From a virus: a stretch of DNA of 64,000 nt. Made by a program: the position numbers and the translations under genes. The notes under the pieces were generated by a model. It did not search any database, was not told where the DNA came from, and saw nothing but the letters and a program-made list of their open reading frames with translations. Location of the stretch: positions 1 to 64,000 of the IMG/VR virus record IMGVR_UViG_3300036792_000284; one strand, given 5' to 3'. This document shows positions 9,059 to 20,051 of the stretch, in pieces; the stretch's first letter is position 1, and each line of letters opens with the position of its first letter.

Positions 9059-9559
9059 TCACTCCTGCCAGAGCAAATAGCAATAAGCGTTCACCGCGGC
9101 AGCAGCGGTGACCCGGATACGCAGGAAGCGCGAGGCTGCGACGTAGAACTCGCGGCCGAGCGGCCACTGCTTCACGTACTGGTTGGTCGGGGCGATGAGC
9201 TGCAGGTCGCCGTACCGGGTGGCGGTGATGGTGCCCTCGACCGAGGAGCCGCTGTTGAACCCGGTGGCGCTCGTGCCGCCCACGCACGCCGAGGCCAGCG
9301 TTGAGTCGGGGCTGTAAAGCGACGGGGTGAGCGCGGTGAGCGACGTCGCGCCGACCGCGCCCGTGTCCACCAGCTCGCACTCGATCGGGGTGGCCGCGGC
9401 GGAGCCGTCGAAGCTGATGCCCCACTCGACCACGTGGATGTCCTGGGTGGACGGGGTAGCGACCTGCAGCAGCGTCTTGACCGACGTGCCGGTGGTCATC
9501 TTGGCCGGGGCAGCCGTCGTCGGGTAAGCCGCGTTCTGCGCGTAGTAAAGACCTGACAC
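9059..9559 (-). CDS. Putative minor tail/structural protein
   Basis: Thr/Ala-rich beta protein within tail operon. Confidence 0.6.
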   Translation of the reverse strand: MSGLYYAQNAAYPTTAAPAKMTTGTSVKTLLQVATPSTQDIHVVEWGISFDGSAAATPIECELVDTGAVGATSLTALTPSLYSPDSTLASACVGGTSATGFNSGSSVEGTITATRYGDLQLIAPTNQYVKQWPLGREFYVAASRFLRIRVTAAAAVNAYCYLLWQE

Positions 9560-9561
9560 GG

Positions 9562-9915
9562 CTAGCCCACCTCTACATGCTGGACAAGGATGACCTGCAC
9601 GGCAGTCAGGCTGTTGAGCAGCACCTGCACAAGGCCTTGTGCAGGCTGGTTGTATTCACTCCCGAACGGCCCGAACATCGTCGGGTCACCTGCTGCGACA
9701 GGCACGGGGGCGGGGGGCTCGACAGGCAGGCCGTCTACCTGCTCGCCGATGGTCACCTGCACCGTCGTCCCCGAGCCGCTTGCGAGGACGATCAGGACCT
9801 CGTTGCCGGTGTTCGAGAACTCCAGCGCTGTGTCCGTCGGCGTGACTGCCTGCTGGAACATCGCCAGTCCGGCGTAGCCGGGTATTTCCGGTACCGGCGT
9901 CAGTGTCTGAGCCAT
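9562..9915 (-). CDS. Putative structural protein
   Basis: MAQTLTPVPEIPG start with RBS aggag; tail operon. Confidence 0.6.
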   Translation of the reverse strand: MAQTLTPVPEIPGYAGLAMFQQAVTPTDTALEFSNTGNEVLIVLASGSGTTVQVTIGEQVDGLPVEPPAPVPVAAGDPTMFGPFGSEYNQPAQGLVQVLLNSLTAVQVILVQHVEVG

Positions 9916-9922
9916 GGGTCTC

Positions 9923-10597
9923 CTAGTAGTAGTTCGAGCGCTTGACGGCCTGGCGGGCCACATACGACAGCTCGGGCACCGCAGCGGCGGCCCCGGTCGC
10001 GACGGTGACGTCAATCCACCAGTTAGAGTTCTGGAAATTCGCGCCCGGGAACTGCAGAGTCCCCGCTGTACCGTCACCGGCGCTGTTGTGAACATCGCCC
10101 TGTGCCTGGGTGTTGCTGACCGAGTTCGGGCCGGGGGCGGTCAGGATTCCGTTGGCTACCCCGCTGAACCCGGGACCCCCCGAAGCGAAGTAACCGAAGG
10201 AATACGCATTCCAGAAGTTGCTAGCGCCGCTAGTCGCGTCCCCCTCAATTGCAGCGATGTACACGGTGTTGGCGGATATCGCGGTGCTGGTGATGTTGGT
10301 GGAAACCCAGCCGCTGCCCGCGGCGCCAGACCAGGTGGGACTCGTGTTGCTGTAAAGAACCGTGGCGGCAGTGTCGTAAAGAGCGACAGCGGCAGGCAGC
10401 GCGTTAATTGCCGTGAGGCCCGCTGGGCTCGTTGCCGAAGGCGGGGCGGAGTAGTACCAAATCTGGGTGACGTTGCCGGCACTGGAAGAAACAAAGGCCA
10501 CGCCGAGCGTCTGGGCGTTCGTGCCCTGGGAACCGATGGCCCCCGCGCTGCCGAACGCAGGCGGCGCTGCGGGCTGCCAGATCGACTGGGTGGTCAT
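9923..10597 (-). CDS. DUF4082-like domain minor tail protein
   Basis: TLGVAFVSSSAGNVTQIWYY..LY..W...Y.A..NWWIDV pattern; C-term RQAVKRSNYY. Confidence 0.65.
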   Translation of the reverse strand: MTTQSIWQPAAPPAFGSAGAIGSQGTNAQTLGVAFVSSSAGNVTQIWYYSAPPSATSPAGLTAINALPAAVALYDTAATVLYSNTSPTWSGAAGSGWVSTNITSTAISANTVYIAAIEGDATSGASNFWNAYSFGYFASGGPGFSGVANGILTAPGPNSVSNTQAQGDVHNSAGDGTAGTLQFPGANFQNSNWWIDVTVATGAAAAVPELSYVARQAVKRSNYY

Positions 10598-10677
10598 CGG
10601 AATCCCCCCTGCGAGCCGACGGCGGAGACGCTCACCGGGGCATCACCGCCTCGCTACGTCGTGGCAGGCGGGGCCAC

Positions 10678-11370
10678 CTAGGTGACCGAGCCCGCGCCAC
10701 TCGGGAAGCCGAAGGTGAGGGTCTCCGTTGCGGTCCAGGTCTGGCCGCTGGCCTTGGTGCCCTGCGAGCTGACGCCGTGGTTCAGGAACACACCGGAAAC
10801 CGTGCTGGAGTCGGCCGTGCCGTTGTCGGTGCCGAACTCGGCCCACGCGAAGTTGGCCGCGGCGGTGCCGAATACCGCGGTGAAGGTCAAGGTGGGCGGC
10901 GAGGAGCCGGTGGCGATGGCCGGCGCGCCGGAGACCAGCTTGTAGAGGGCGGTAGCCGCACTGCCGTCCCCGCCCAGGTGCGCGTCGGTGTACGCGGCGG
11001 CGGTGCTGACGGTGCCCGCCCCGATCCGGCCGGCGGTCGCGCTGAACTTAGTGGCGATCGACGTGCCGGCGATCGAGCCGAGGATGGCGACCCAGCCCGC
11101 CTGCGTCACCAGGTTGCAGTCGTCGTCCTGCGTCTCGGAGTACGGCGCCACGCCGAGGCGGGCGAACGTCTCCGGGCGGATGGTGACGTCCCGGCCCCTG
11201 CGGAGCCAGCCGACCGCGTCCCGGTCGATCCGGCGCAGCGCCCACTCGGTCTGCTCGGCGTCCCACCGCCGGACGTTGAACGAGGTGCTCACGCGGACGT
11301 ACTCGCGCAGCGGCGCGCCGACTGCGACAGACAGCCGCTCCGCCGCCACTGCATTGTCCCCGGACGTCAC
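10678..11370 (-). CDS. Putative tail-associated protein (paralog family)
   Basis: GTG start with RBS ggagg; NLVTQAGW..GRIGAG..AANFAWAEFG..FLNHG..GTKASGQTW. Confidence 0.7.
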   Translation of the reverse strand: MTSGDNAVAAERLSVAVGAPLREYVRVSTSFNVRRWDAEQTEWALRRIDRDAVGWLRRGRDVTIRPETFARLGVAPYSETQDDDCNLVTQAGWVAILGSIAGTSIATKFSATAGRIGAGTVSTAAAYTDAHLGGDGSAATALYKLVSGAPAIATGSSPPTLTFTAVFGTAAANFAWAEFGTDNGTADSSTVSGVFLNHGVSSQGTKASGQTWTATETLTFGFPSGAGSVT

Positions 11371-11513
11371 TGCGGCCTCCTGGCAGTCTCCGGCCACGGA
11401 GGTGGCCCTGGCGTAGCCGGGAACGGGACGAAGCGGGTGCCTCGCACGTGCAGCTCCAGCCCCTCGCTGACCCGGCATTCGTCGTTATCGGTCACCACCA
11501 CGGGTTCGCTCAC
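11367..11513 (-). CDS. Small hypothetical protein
   Basis: GTGA overlaps on both ends. Confidence 0.45.
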   Translation of the reverse strand: MSEPVVVTDNDECRVSEGLELHVRGTRFVPFPATPGPPPWPETARRPQ

Positions 11514-11743
11514 CAGTCGTCCTCTCCCAGCACGATGAGCAGGTCTGTCAGGTCGGAGCGGTCCAGGCACCCGCGCGGCCGGCCGGCGTACTCGCGCACC
11601 CGCTTGCGCAGCCGGGCGACCGCGGCGGCCCGGCGGTCGGCCCGCGCCTGCTCGGCCGCCGCGGTGCTGGCCGGCAGCTCGCCCTCGTACGGGCGGTCGG
11701 CGTACCGCTGGTTCGCCAGGTCGATGACCCGCTCGGTAGCCAT
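11510..11743 (-). CDS. Hypothetical protein
   Basis: Coupled ORF in operon. Confidence 0.55.
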   Translation of the reverse strand: MATERVIDLANQRYADRPYEGELPASTAAAEQARADRRAAAVARLRKRVREYAGRPRGCLDRSDLTDLLIVLGEDDW

Positions 11744-12669
11744 CAGCCGAGGCCGTAAAGCGTGAATTCGGAGCCGGTCAGGAAGTTGGACCCGGCCGGG
11801 GCAGTCAGCGAGACGGCGGTGACCGCGGCCTGCACCGTCGGGTTCCAGAAGCCCCAGCGCATCCGCCCGTCCACCATCGAGCTGGTGGCGTTGCCGGCCC
11901 CGCTCATGCCGTAGGCCGCCTTGTTGAACGTGGCGCTGTTGTAGTTGGGCACGTAGGCGAAGCCGCCGCCGGCGTTGACCGGGGCGCCGCCCTGGCTGGC
12001 CGCCACCCGGAACAGCGGGATGCTGCTGACCGCGAACGCGGTGGAGGCGGCCGGGCCGACCAGCGAGCCGGAGATGTTGGTGGCGGAGACGGTGAGCTGC
12101 GAGTAGTGCGCCCCGGTGTCGCCGTTGAACGTCAGCGAGATGTCGTCGGTCAGCGCGGTCGTCTCAGTCAGCCGGGCCTGCACCACGATGAGCAGGTGCT
12201 CGAACGTCTGCGGGATGGACGACCAGGTGATGACGTTGGACGTCGAGTTGGTCAGCGTCGTCTCGTTGATGGTGGCCAGCGCGTTGCCGTTCCACGCGCT
12301 GGCCGGCAGGCCGTGCACGCCGGAGCCGGAGCCCATCGCGTAGTGCAGCGCCGCGGTGGTCAGGTCCCCGGCACTCCAGGTGTGCGCGATGGCCGTGCCC
12401 GGCGCGTGCACCTTGGCTAGAGTGCCGTCGTAGGCGCGGGTCACGGTCCACGGAGTAGCCGCTGTACCCGCGCCTCCCGTAACACTGACCAGCTCGAAGT
12501 TGCTGGTGCCCGGCTCCAGGCACAGGGTGAACGGGAAGCTGGTGGGGTAGCCGACCGGCGCGCCGGACCCGGCGTACAGCGAGGTAGCCGAGGTGGACAG
12601 GCTGCCGCCGCCCGGCACCGCGAGGGTATCCGCGACCGCCGTGTTGCTGTAAAAACGCCACTGCACCAC
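11743..12669 (-). CDS. Minor tail protein
   Basis: FELVSVT..PWTVTRAYDGTLAKVH..GTAIAH motif typical of actinophage minor tail proteins. Confidence 0.7.
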   Translation of the reverse strand: MVQWRFYSNTAVADTLAVPGGGSLSTSATSLYAGSGAPVGYPTSFPFTLCLEPGTSNFELVSVTGGAGTAATPWTVTRAYDGTLAKVHAPGTAIAHTWSAGDLTTAALHYAMGSGSGVHGLPASAWNGNALATINETTLTNSTSNVITWSSIPQTFEHLLIVVQARLTETTALTDDISLTFNGDTGAHYSQLTVSATNISGSLVGPAASTAFAVSSIPLFRVAASQGGAPVNAGGGFAYVPNYNSATFNKAAYGMSGAGNATSSMVDGRMRWGFWNPTVQAAVTAVSLTAPAGSNFLTGSEFTLYGLG

Positions 12670-12723
12670 GCTGCCGGTCGCCTCCTCGGTCCTCGTCGGG
12701 ACTCTGGAGGCCTAATCGGCGGG

Positions 12724-13590
12724 TCACACGTAAGCGTCGGACCAAGTGAACAGCGCGGTCCCGGCGCTGACCGAAATGTGGTTGGAGCCGCTCACGAGAC
12801 ACATCCACATCCGGCTGCCGATGTGGCTGAGGCCGCCGACCACGTTGTTCCCGACGTTGTCGACCGCGGTGTAGCGCAGCACGTCGATCGTCACCGGCCA
12901 GGACGCTACGCCGGCGCCGTTGTGGGTGACGGACACCCCGGCCGTGTTGTTGGTGACCGTGCTGGCCTGGGAGATGGTGACGGTGAAGGCGTTGACCGCC
13001 GAGGCGAACCCTTCGCCCACCACGCCCTCGCCCGGCGCGGTAATCGTACTGCCGCTGGTGTTCACCACCTGGCTGCGCTGCGCCCCGTAGAAGTACGGGT
13101 CGGACAGCAGCAGGTCGACGGAGAACGCGGCCGAGGTGCGCCCGTTCATCGTCGGGTCCATCGAGCCGGCGATCTCGGCCATCGCGGTGGAGGTGACCAT
13201 GCCGGGGCCGCCGGAGGTCAGGTACCAGTTGCGCTGGAGCTGGCCCTGGGTGCTGCCCTGGGCCCCGCGGGTGAAGAACGCGGCGCGCAGCGCCTGCCAG
13301 TTGTCGTTGAACGCGCGGCGCGGGTCGCCGGCCGGGTAGGACTGGTTGGCCGACATCTGGCTGTCGGTCCACATGGTCAGCGTGATGGTGCGCTCGTCGG
13401 GGTACTTGGCCCGCCAGAGCTGGCCCGCCCGGTAGGGCACCGCGTAGTCCTGGCCACGGTTGGTGGGCAGGCCGAAGCGCGAGCCGCCGAAGGTCGCGAC
13501 GTTGTAGTAGCTGGTCGACAGCGGCATCCCGTTCCAGAACCAAATCTCGTTCGGCGAGTACGCGCCCACCGGAGCCGACGGCAACGGCAT
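12724..13590 (-). CDS. Distal tail (Dit)-like protein
   Basis: Immediately after tape measure; RTITLTMW..FSVDLLLSDPYFYG pattern. Confidence 0.75.
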   Translation of the reverse strand: MPLPSAPVGAYSPNEIWFWNGMPLSTSYYNVATFGGSRFGLPTNRGQDYAVPYRAGQLWRAKYPDERTITLTMWTDSQMSANQSYPAGDPRRAFNDNWQALRAAFFTRGAQGSTQGQLQRNWYLTSGGPGMVTSTAMAEIAGSMDPTMNGRTSAAFSVDLLLSDPYFYGAQRSQVVNTSGSTITAPGEGVVGEGFASAVNAFTVTISQASTVTNNTAGVSVTHNGAGVASWPVTIDVLRYTAVDNVGNNVVGGLSHIGSRMWMCLVSGSNHISVSAGTALFTWSDAYV

Positions 13591-16500
13591 CAGACCATCC
13601 CCCTTCCGCCGAGGAACGCGAGCCTGTTGGACGCCCTGGTAATCGAGTCGCTCGGCTTCTCGGCGCGGGGGTTGTTGATCGTGAGGTTGTCCACCTGCAG
13701 GCCCACCCGGTTGCCGGCGGCGTCCGACAGGGTGCGCGGCAGCTGGCCTGCGGTGGCCGCCGAGAGCTGCCGCGACAGGTTGGCCGACAGGCCCGGCACG
13801 AACAGGTTGGGCACCACCCCGCCCGCGGCCATGCCGCCGCCGAACATGGCGGCCACGTTAGACAGCCCCGCGGCCGGGACCCCGCCGCCGGAGGCGAGAC
13901 CGAAGCCCATGGAAGACGTGGGGGCGACCGGCCCGCCGCCCGCGTACCAGCCGAACTGCTGCTCGTGCGCCCAGGCGCCCTCGGGCGTCCCGTAGCGCTG
14001 GGCAATGTAGTTCAACATCGCGGTCACCTGGCCGAGCGCGGTGGTCGAGTTGCCGCCGTACTGGGCGTACTCGCCGGGACCGTTAATAAACTGCGCCAGG
14101 CCGTACGCACCCGACGTCGGGTTCTGCGCGGTCATGTTGAAGCCGGCCTCGCGGTTCTCCACGTCGTACAATGCGCTCCACTGCGCCCCGGTCCAGCCGC
14201 GCGCGGCGGCCAGGTTCTTCATCATCGCCGCGATGATGCCGCCGCCGGTCCCGGCCGAGGGGATGGCCGCGTTGGCTGCGGTCGTCTGGCCGGTCATCCA
14301 GTTGGAGATGCCGGTGTGGATGTTCTGCAGCCAGGCGGCGCCCATGTCGCCCGGCGTGCCGAGCGCCTCCAGCCCCTTCTGTGCCGGCGCCCCGGCCACG
14401 TTCCACATCGCGTTGAAGACGGCCTGCTCGCCCCACTGGGTCACGTCGCTGGCCGCGCCGGTGATCCCGTGCCAGGCCGCGCCGGCCACGCTGCCTACGT
14501 CGCCCAGCCAGTTGGTGATGTCGCCGACGATGCCGCCGCTCGCGTGCCGGCCGAAGCCGGGGCCCCGCCGCTGGCTGGCTGTGTTGCCGCGCGAACCTGA
14601 GCCCAGCCAGGTGTCGGCGTTGTTCAGGGCGTCCAGGAAGTCGGGGCCGAACGCGGCCTGCAGGGCCATCCGGGCGGGCTTGCGGAGCATGAACTCCCCG
14701 CCCATCGCGATGATGTGCGTGCCGTCTTCGTCGCCCGTCCCCGGCACCGAACCGGACACCTTGTGGACCGGGCCGCCCGCCGCCAGCGTGGGGATGGTGC
14801 CGATGTGGATGCCCACCACCGACGTCACCGAGTTGATCCAGCCGATGACGGTGTTCAGCCCGCCGATGACGTGGTCAATCCCTCCCCTGAGGGAGTTCCA
14901 CATGGCGTTCGGCAAGGTGGTGGTGAAGAAGCTCTCGATCTTCCCCAGGACCTGGCTGGCGCCGGTCCACGCGGACGACCAGAAGCTGTTCCACTTGGTG
15001 CCCAGGCTGTTCCACCAGCCCGGGATGTCGTTGACGAAGAACCTCTGCATCGGCGCCAGGATGTTGCCGTTGAACGCCTGCCACCCCTGCACCCAGTGCT
15101 GCGACCACGAGCTGGCGTAGCCGGCGAACCACCCGGGGATCGTCGTGGTGAAGAACTTGCCCATCGGCGCCAGGATGTTGCCGTTAAAGGCCTGCCAGCC
15201 CTGAATCCAGTGCTGGGACCAGGAGTTGGCGTAGCCGGTAAACCAGCCTGGCACCGTGACGGTGAAGAACTTGCCCATCGGCGTCAGGATGTTGTTGTTG
15301 AACGCCTGCCAGCCTTGGACCCAGTGCTGGGACCAGGAGTTGGCGTAGCCGGTAAACCAGCCCGGCACCGTGACGGTGAAGAACTTGCCCATCGGGGCGA
15401 AGATGTTGTTGTTGAACGCCTGCCAGCCCTGCACCCAGTGCTGCTGCCAGGAGGCGGCATAGCCGGTGAACCAGCCCGGCACGATGGACGTGAAGAACTT
15501 GCCCATCGGCGCCACGATGTTGCCGTAAAAGAACTGCCAGCCCTGCACCCAGTGCTGCTGCCACGAGGTGGCGTAGCCGGCGAACCACCCGGGGAGGGTC
15601 TTGTTGAAGAAGTTCCCGCTCTGCGCCTGGTAGGCGGGCGCGGGGACGGACGCCTGGCCGATCTCGTTGCTCAACTGCTGCAGCTTCGCCTGCAGCGGGC
15701 CCGTGTCCAGGGTCGGCTTGACGGGCGCCGGCTGGTCCTTCGCCCACAGGGCCAGCGCCTGCTTCCGGTCGATGCCCATCTGGGAGAGCGTCGCGAGGAA
15801 CTCGTCTTTCGCCTGACTCAGCCCCTGCGGGCTGGTGCCGTAGACGGCGATCAGGGCGTTGGCCACCTGCTTGGAGAGGCTGACTTCCTGCGGGGTGATG
15901 CCTTTGGCGAGGTCGGCCCGGTGGGTCAGGACGTACTGGTAGAAGTTGGCTACCGCCTTGGTCATCTGCGGCATGTTGACCAGGCCGGCGGCGATGGCCT
16001 GGTTGAGGTTGGTGTTGATGGCGCTGGCCAGGTTCTGCACGTCGGTGGTCAGGTTGGCCGAGCCGGTCTCCAGAATCCCGACCTGCTTGTTCAGGTCCGC
16101 GGTGGTGCCCTTGAGGGTCTGGTTGCCGCCCGACCACTTCAGCAGCGCGTCGTAGGTGGCCTTGCCCGTGTAGCCCATGGTCTGGGCGAGGGCGTAGGCG
16201 CCCTGCACCGATTCCGTCGTGGCGCCGCCCTGGGCGAGCAGGCTGTTGACGATGTCCCGGCCGGACGCGGCGAGCGCCGCGTTGGACTTGGCGTTGTTCC
16301 CGGCCGCCGCGTTCTGCAGCAGCAGGTTGTTGTAGAGGGTCTGGCCGGCGGTGAGGTTGGCCTCCCACGACTGGCGCAGCGTCAGGCTCACCGCGTTCAG
16401 CCCGCCCATGGAGGCCCCGGCCACCTTGGAGTTGGTGCCGACGGTGTTAATGCCGGTCGCGTAGGCCTCGAACGAGTTCTGGCCGCTGTCCACTAGCGTC

Positions 16501-19500
16501 AGGAACGAGGTGAAGTCGCCGGTCAGCGCCGTGATCTGGCTGTTCTGGACCTCGCTGGCCAGCGTCACGGCGTCGACCGCCGCGCCCAGCTGGTTCATCC
16601 CGTTCTTGAGGTTGTAGCCGGCGACCCCCATGTTCAGCCAGCCGGTCACCAGGTCTTTGACCTTGGTCTCCTGGGTGGCCAGGTCGTCGGTGACCTTGAC
16701 CCCGGCCAGGTCCATCAGCGCGAACGACTGCTGGACCGACGTGCCGTACTGCTTGGTGGTGGCCGCCGCCGTCTCCAGCGTGGTCGTCCAGTCCTTCTGC
16801 TCGGCCGTCAACTGCTTCAGCACCAGCGACGTCGAGCCCGGCTGCTGGTTGGTGCCGGTGACGGCCTCCCACAGGTCCTTGAACGCCTGCAGGTGCAGCC
16901 CGAAGCCGGACGCGTCCTTCGTCAGATTCGACCAGCCCTGCGCCATGTTGCCGACGAAGTTCCGGCTGCTGGCCGCCGACTGGGCCAGCCACTTGTTCAT
17001 CGAGGAGAGGTTGGTCTGGATCTGGGCAAAGCCCTGGCTGGCGTTGTCGTTGGCCAGCGAGGAGATCAGGCCGCCGACGTAGGCCTTGGCCTGGCTGCTG
17101 GCCTGGCCAGCGGCGTAGATCGCGTAGCCGACGGCGCCGATGGCCGCGGCGATGGCGAGGATGGTGCTGGCGGGGATGGCCGCGAAAGCGGCTTTCGTCT
17201 GGACCCCGAGCGCCTCGAAGGCGCCGCCGACCAGCGGCAGCTTGGCCAGCAGGCCGATGAAGTTCAGAGTGAGTTTCTCAACCCAGCCGACCAGGTTTAT
17301 CACCTGGGTGGCCAGCAGCCCGCCGTAGTGCACTACGGAGAAGAAAGCGATGCCGGCGGCCAGCGCGTACGGCCCGACGGCGTTGAGGGCCTTCTGCACC
17401 ACCGACAGCGCGTAGGCGATGCCCTCGAATAGCAGCTCCGAGACGTGCGTCATCTGCCCGGCCTGCAGGAACAGGCCGAGGATCTTGAGGATGGAGGTCC
17501 CGATGCCGGCCAGGATGTGCATGTCGTTGGTCGCGGTGTTGATCATCGGCCCCAGCAGGTTCGAGTGGCTCGAAACTGCCTGCTGGATCTTGATGACCAT
17601 GTCCTCGACCCAGGTGCCGGCCTTCTGCGTGATGGACTGCAGCAGGCCCATGTGCCCGGTGAGGGTGTTGATGGCGGCGCCGAAGATCGTGACCACGGTG
17701 GGCGCCATGGCGCCCTGCATGGTCCGGATGGTGACCGGCAGGCGGCTCATGGTCGCGTTGAGCGAGCCCGCCTTGGCCTGCAGCGGACCGAAGTGCGCGG
17801 TGCCCAGGTTGTCGGCCCCGGTGCCGAGCGCGTCCAGCGCGGTGTGCACCCCGGTGAGGTGCGCGATGACGTCCTTGGTCGCAGGCTCGGCGGCGACGGC
17901 GAAGGCACCGAGGGCGACGCTGGCGGCGATGACGGCAGGAACCAGGACGATGAAGAAGTCGATGAGCGTGTGCAGGGCCAGCGCCCACACACTGATGGTG
18001 CCGGCAAAGGGGATCTTGCTGAACACCCCGCCGAACAGGGTCAGGTCCCTAGTGAAGAAACCCCACAAGCCGCCGGCCCCGCGGGCAGTGTTCCCCGCCG
18101 TGTTGGCGGCAGTGCCGGCGTCCTTGGAGGCAGCGGCGGTGGCTTTCGCCTTAACCCCGGCCCGCTCCATCGCGTCTGCGAGCATGTTCCAGGCGGCAGC
18201 GTCCGCCGGGTCCGGCTCCCCTGGCGAAGCGGCCCCGGGCGGAGCCGGAGGCGGCCCGCCGCCCCCGCCGCCCGCCGCCCCGCCCCGCCCGAGCAGGGCC
18301 ATCAGGGCCTTGCCCTGCTCCTGCGCGCTGAGCATCCGGCCCTCGATCTGGTTCAGGTCGTCCAGCACCTCGGCGTCGTTCATGGTCGCGTAGAACTCGT
18401 ACTTCTTGCGGGCCGCCTCAATCAGCTTGCCGACGAAAACGTCCAGCTCGTCCTCGGCCGCGGACCCGTCCCACTCGACGCTGGTCCGGACCTCCTTCGG
18501 GACCTTCTCCTCCTCCTTGATGAACTCCTCCACGCCGGAGATGGCCCCGGTGGCGTCCACGTTGATGACGATGTCGGACTCGTCCCGGTCCAGCCGTTCC
18601 ATCGCGTCGTTGAGTGCTGCCAGCTCCGCCTCGGTCAGGTCGGCGCCCCGCAGGCCGACCTGAGGCTCCGCGTGCTCCCGGCCGAACTCGGTCAGCATCG
18701 CGGACAGCGCGTCCAGGTCGTCCTGGGCCTGGGACCAGCCCTCGATCGCGAGGTGCGGCTCGACAACCTCGCCGTCCAGCACTTCCAGCTCGTCCTGCAG
18801 GGCGTCGGCCTCCAGCCGGGCCGCCTCGACCTCCGCGAAGCTGATGCCGACGTTCAGCCGGGACCGCGTGTCCAGTTCCTTCAGCTCGGCGGCCAGCAGG
18901 GTCGCCTCGGTGACCGCCTCCGGCCCGCCCACAAGCTCGATCCTGGGATGCGCGGTCACCGTGTCCAGCGCCTTCAGCTCCGCGGCCAGGGCCCGGGCCG
19001 CGGCCGAGCTGGTCACCTCCGGGGTGATGCTGACCGGGACCTTGCCGCCGGTGAACGGGATGCCGCCCAGCCGCGTCGCCGAGGACACGATGTCGGTGGT
19101 CTCCGCGCGCGGCAGCCCCATTAGCGCCGCCCGGTACGTGGCCAACTGGGCCATCGCCTGGGAGTCGTCGAGGACCGCGCGCGTCTGTACCGTGTTCGGC
19201 AGGCCGATGAGCGCCGCGTTGTAGGCGTTGACCGTGGACAGCCCCTCGCCGAGGCTGCCCGCCGACGCGTGCGTGCCCTGCAGCGCGTTGGCGTGCGCCA
19301 GCAGCAGAGCCGTCTCGGCGCCGATCGCCGCGCTGCGGTCGCGGATGGCGGCCGACAGCGCCGCGGTCTGCATGGTCTCGCGCTGCAGAAAGCCCAGGTA
19401 CTGGTCGGCCGTCAAGTACCCCGCGAAGTGCGCCTTGTTCTCCAGCAGCGACAGTGCGTACATCTGCTGGCGGTAGGACATCGCCTGCTGGACCGAGGAG

Positions 19501-19882
19501 AACCCGAGCCACTTCTGCCGGTTGAGCAGCGTGGTGTAGTTCAGCTCCTGAGACAGGTCGCTCAGGTGCTGGGTCATGTCGTTCCGGCCGCCGAACAGCA
19601 GCTGGGTGTTGGTCTGCTTGGCGGAGTTGGCCAACTGGGACAGGGCCTGGGACTCGGCCTGGATGGCCGCGATGTCCTTCTGCCGGGCGGCGGCTGCCGC
19701 CGTCGAGCCCGCCACCTCGGCCGCGGTCTCCGCCTTGACCGCGTCCGCCATGCCCTGCAGTGCCGCCTTGGCCTGGGCGGCGTCACGCATCAGGTCACCG
19801 AAGTCGCCTGGATGTTAAACCGATCGCCTTGTAAATTACGTACCAGGCGATCTAACCAGTACTCCGGTCCCTCATAAGCCAC
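13590..19882 (-). CDS. Tape measure protein with C-terminal lytic transglycosylase-like domain; N-terminus predicted via two translational hops (ORF-track start 19790)
   Basis: 2066-aa Ala-rich ORF after tail chaperones; NREAGFNMTAQNPTSGAYGLAQF muralytic motif; upstream MAYEGPEYW/YVIYKAIG/DFGDLMRD segments separated by TTA-led 10-nt gaps. Confidence 0.9.
15020..15610 (-). repeat. 114-bp (38-aa) tandem repeat x5 in tape measure
   Basis: PGWFxGYAxSWxQHWVQGWQAFNxNIxxPMGKFFT units; aagaac anchors at 15037, 15151, 15265, 15379, 15493. Confidence 0.9.
19806..19858 (-). other. Two tandem translational bypass elements (TGG|TTAGATCGCC|TGG and GGT|TTAACATCCA|GGC)
   Basis: Matched take-off/landing codons, identical 10-nt gap length, each gap starting with the rare TTA codon; removing the gaps restores an open frame into the TMP. 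Confidence 0.75.
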
Positions 19883-20051
19883 AACTGTGGCTCAGAGGCT
19901 CAGAGTAAGGCGTCATGAGCACCACCCCCTCTCCCAGAAGGGGCCGCAGCCCGATGTAGTCAGCGAACCTGACGGCTAGGACCGGCTTCCGCACCTGCGC
20001 GGCCTCGCGCAGGCAGGCCGCGTCGCGCGCATCGTCTCGCACGATGCTCAC
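19872..20051 (-). CDS. 59-aa ORF (or 14-codon uORF from ATG 19916) ending ...GGC-TTA-TGA over the TMP start
   Basis: GTGA overlap with chaperone stop; strong SD before ATG 19916; TTA is the last sense codon. Confidence 0.4.
   Translation of the reverse strand: MSIVRDDARDAACLREAAQVRKPVLAVRFADYIGLRPLLGEGVVLMTPYSEPLSHSCGL

Noticed and set aside
15020-15610. Regular 114-bp and 27-bp (33631-33810) repeats as CRISPR arrays
   Set aside because: In-frame coding tandem repeats with no unique spacers and no cas genes
19806-19858. Simple assembly error or pseudogenised TMP start
   Set aside because: Two independent insertions with identical 13-nt length, TTA first and a matched codon last, plus the same logic in portal, are unlikely to be random errors; cannot be excluded without reads
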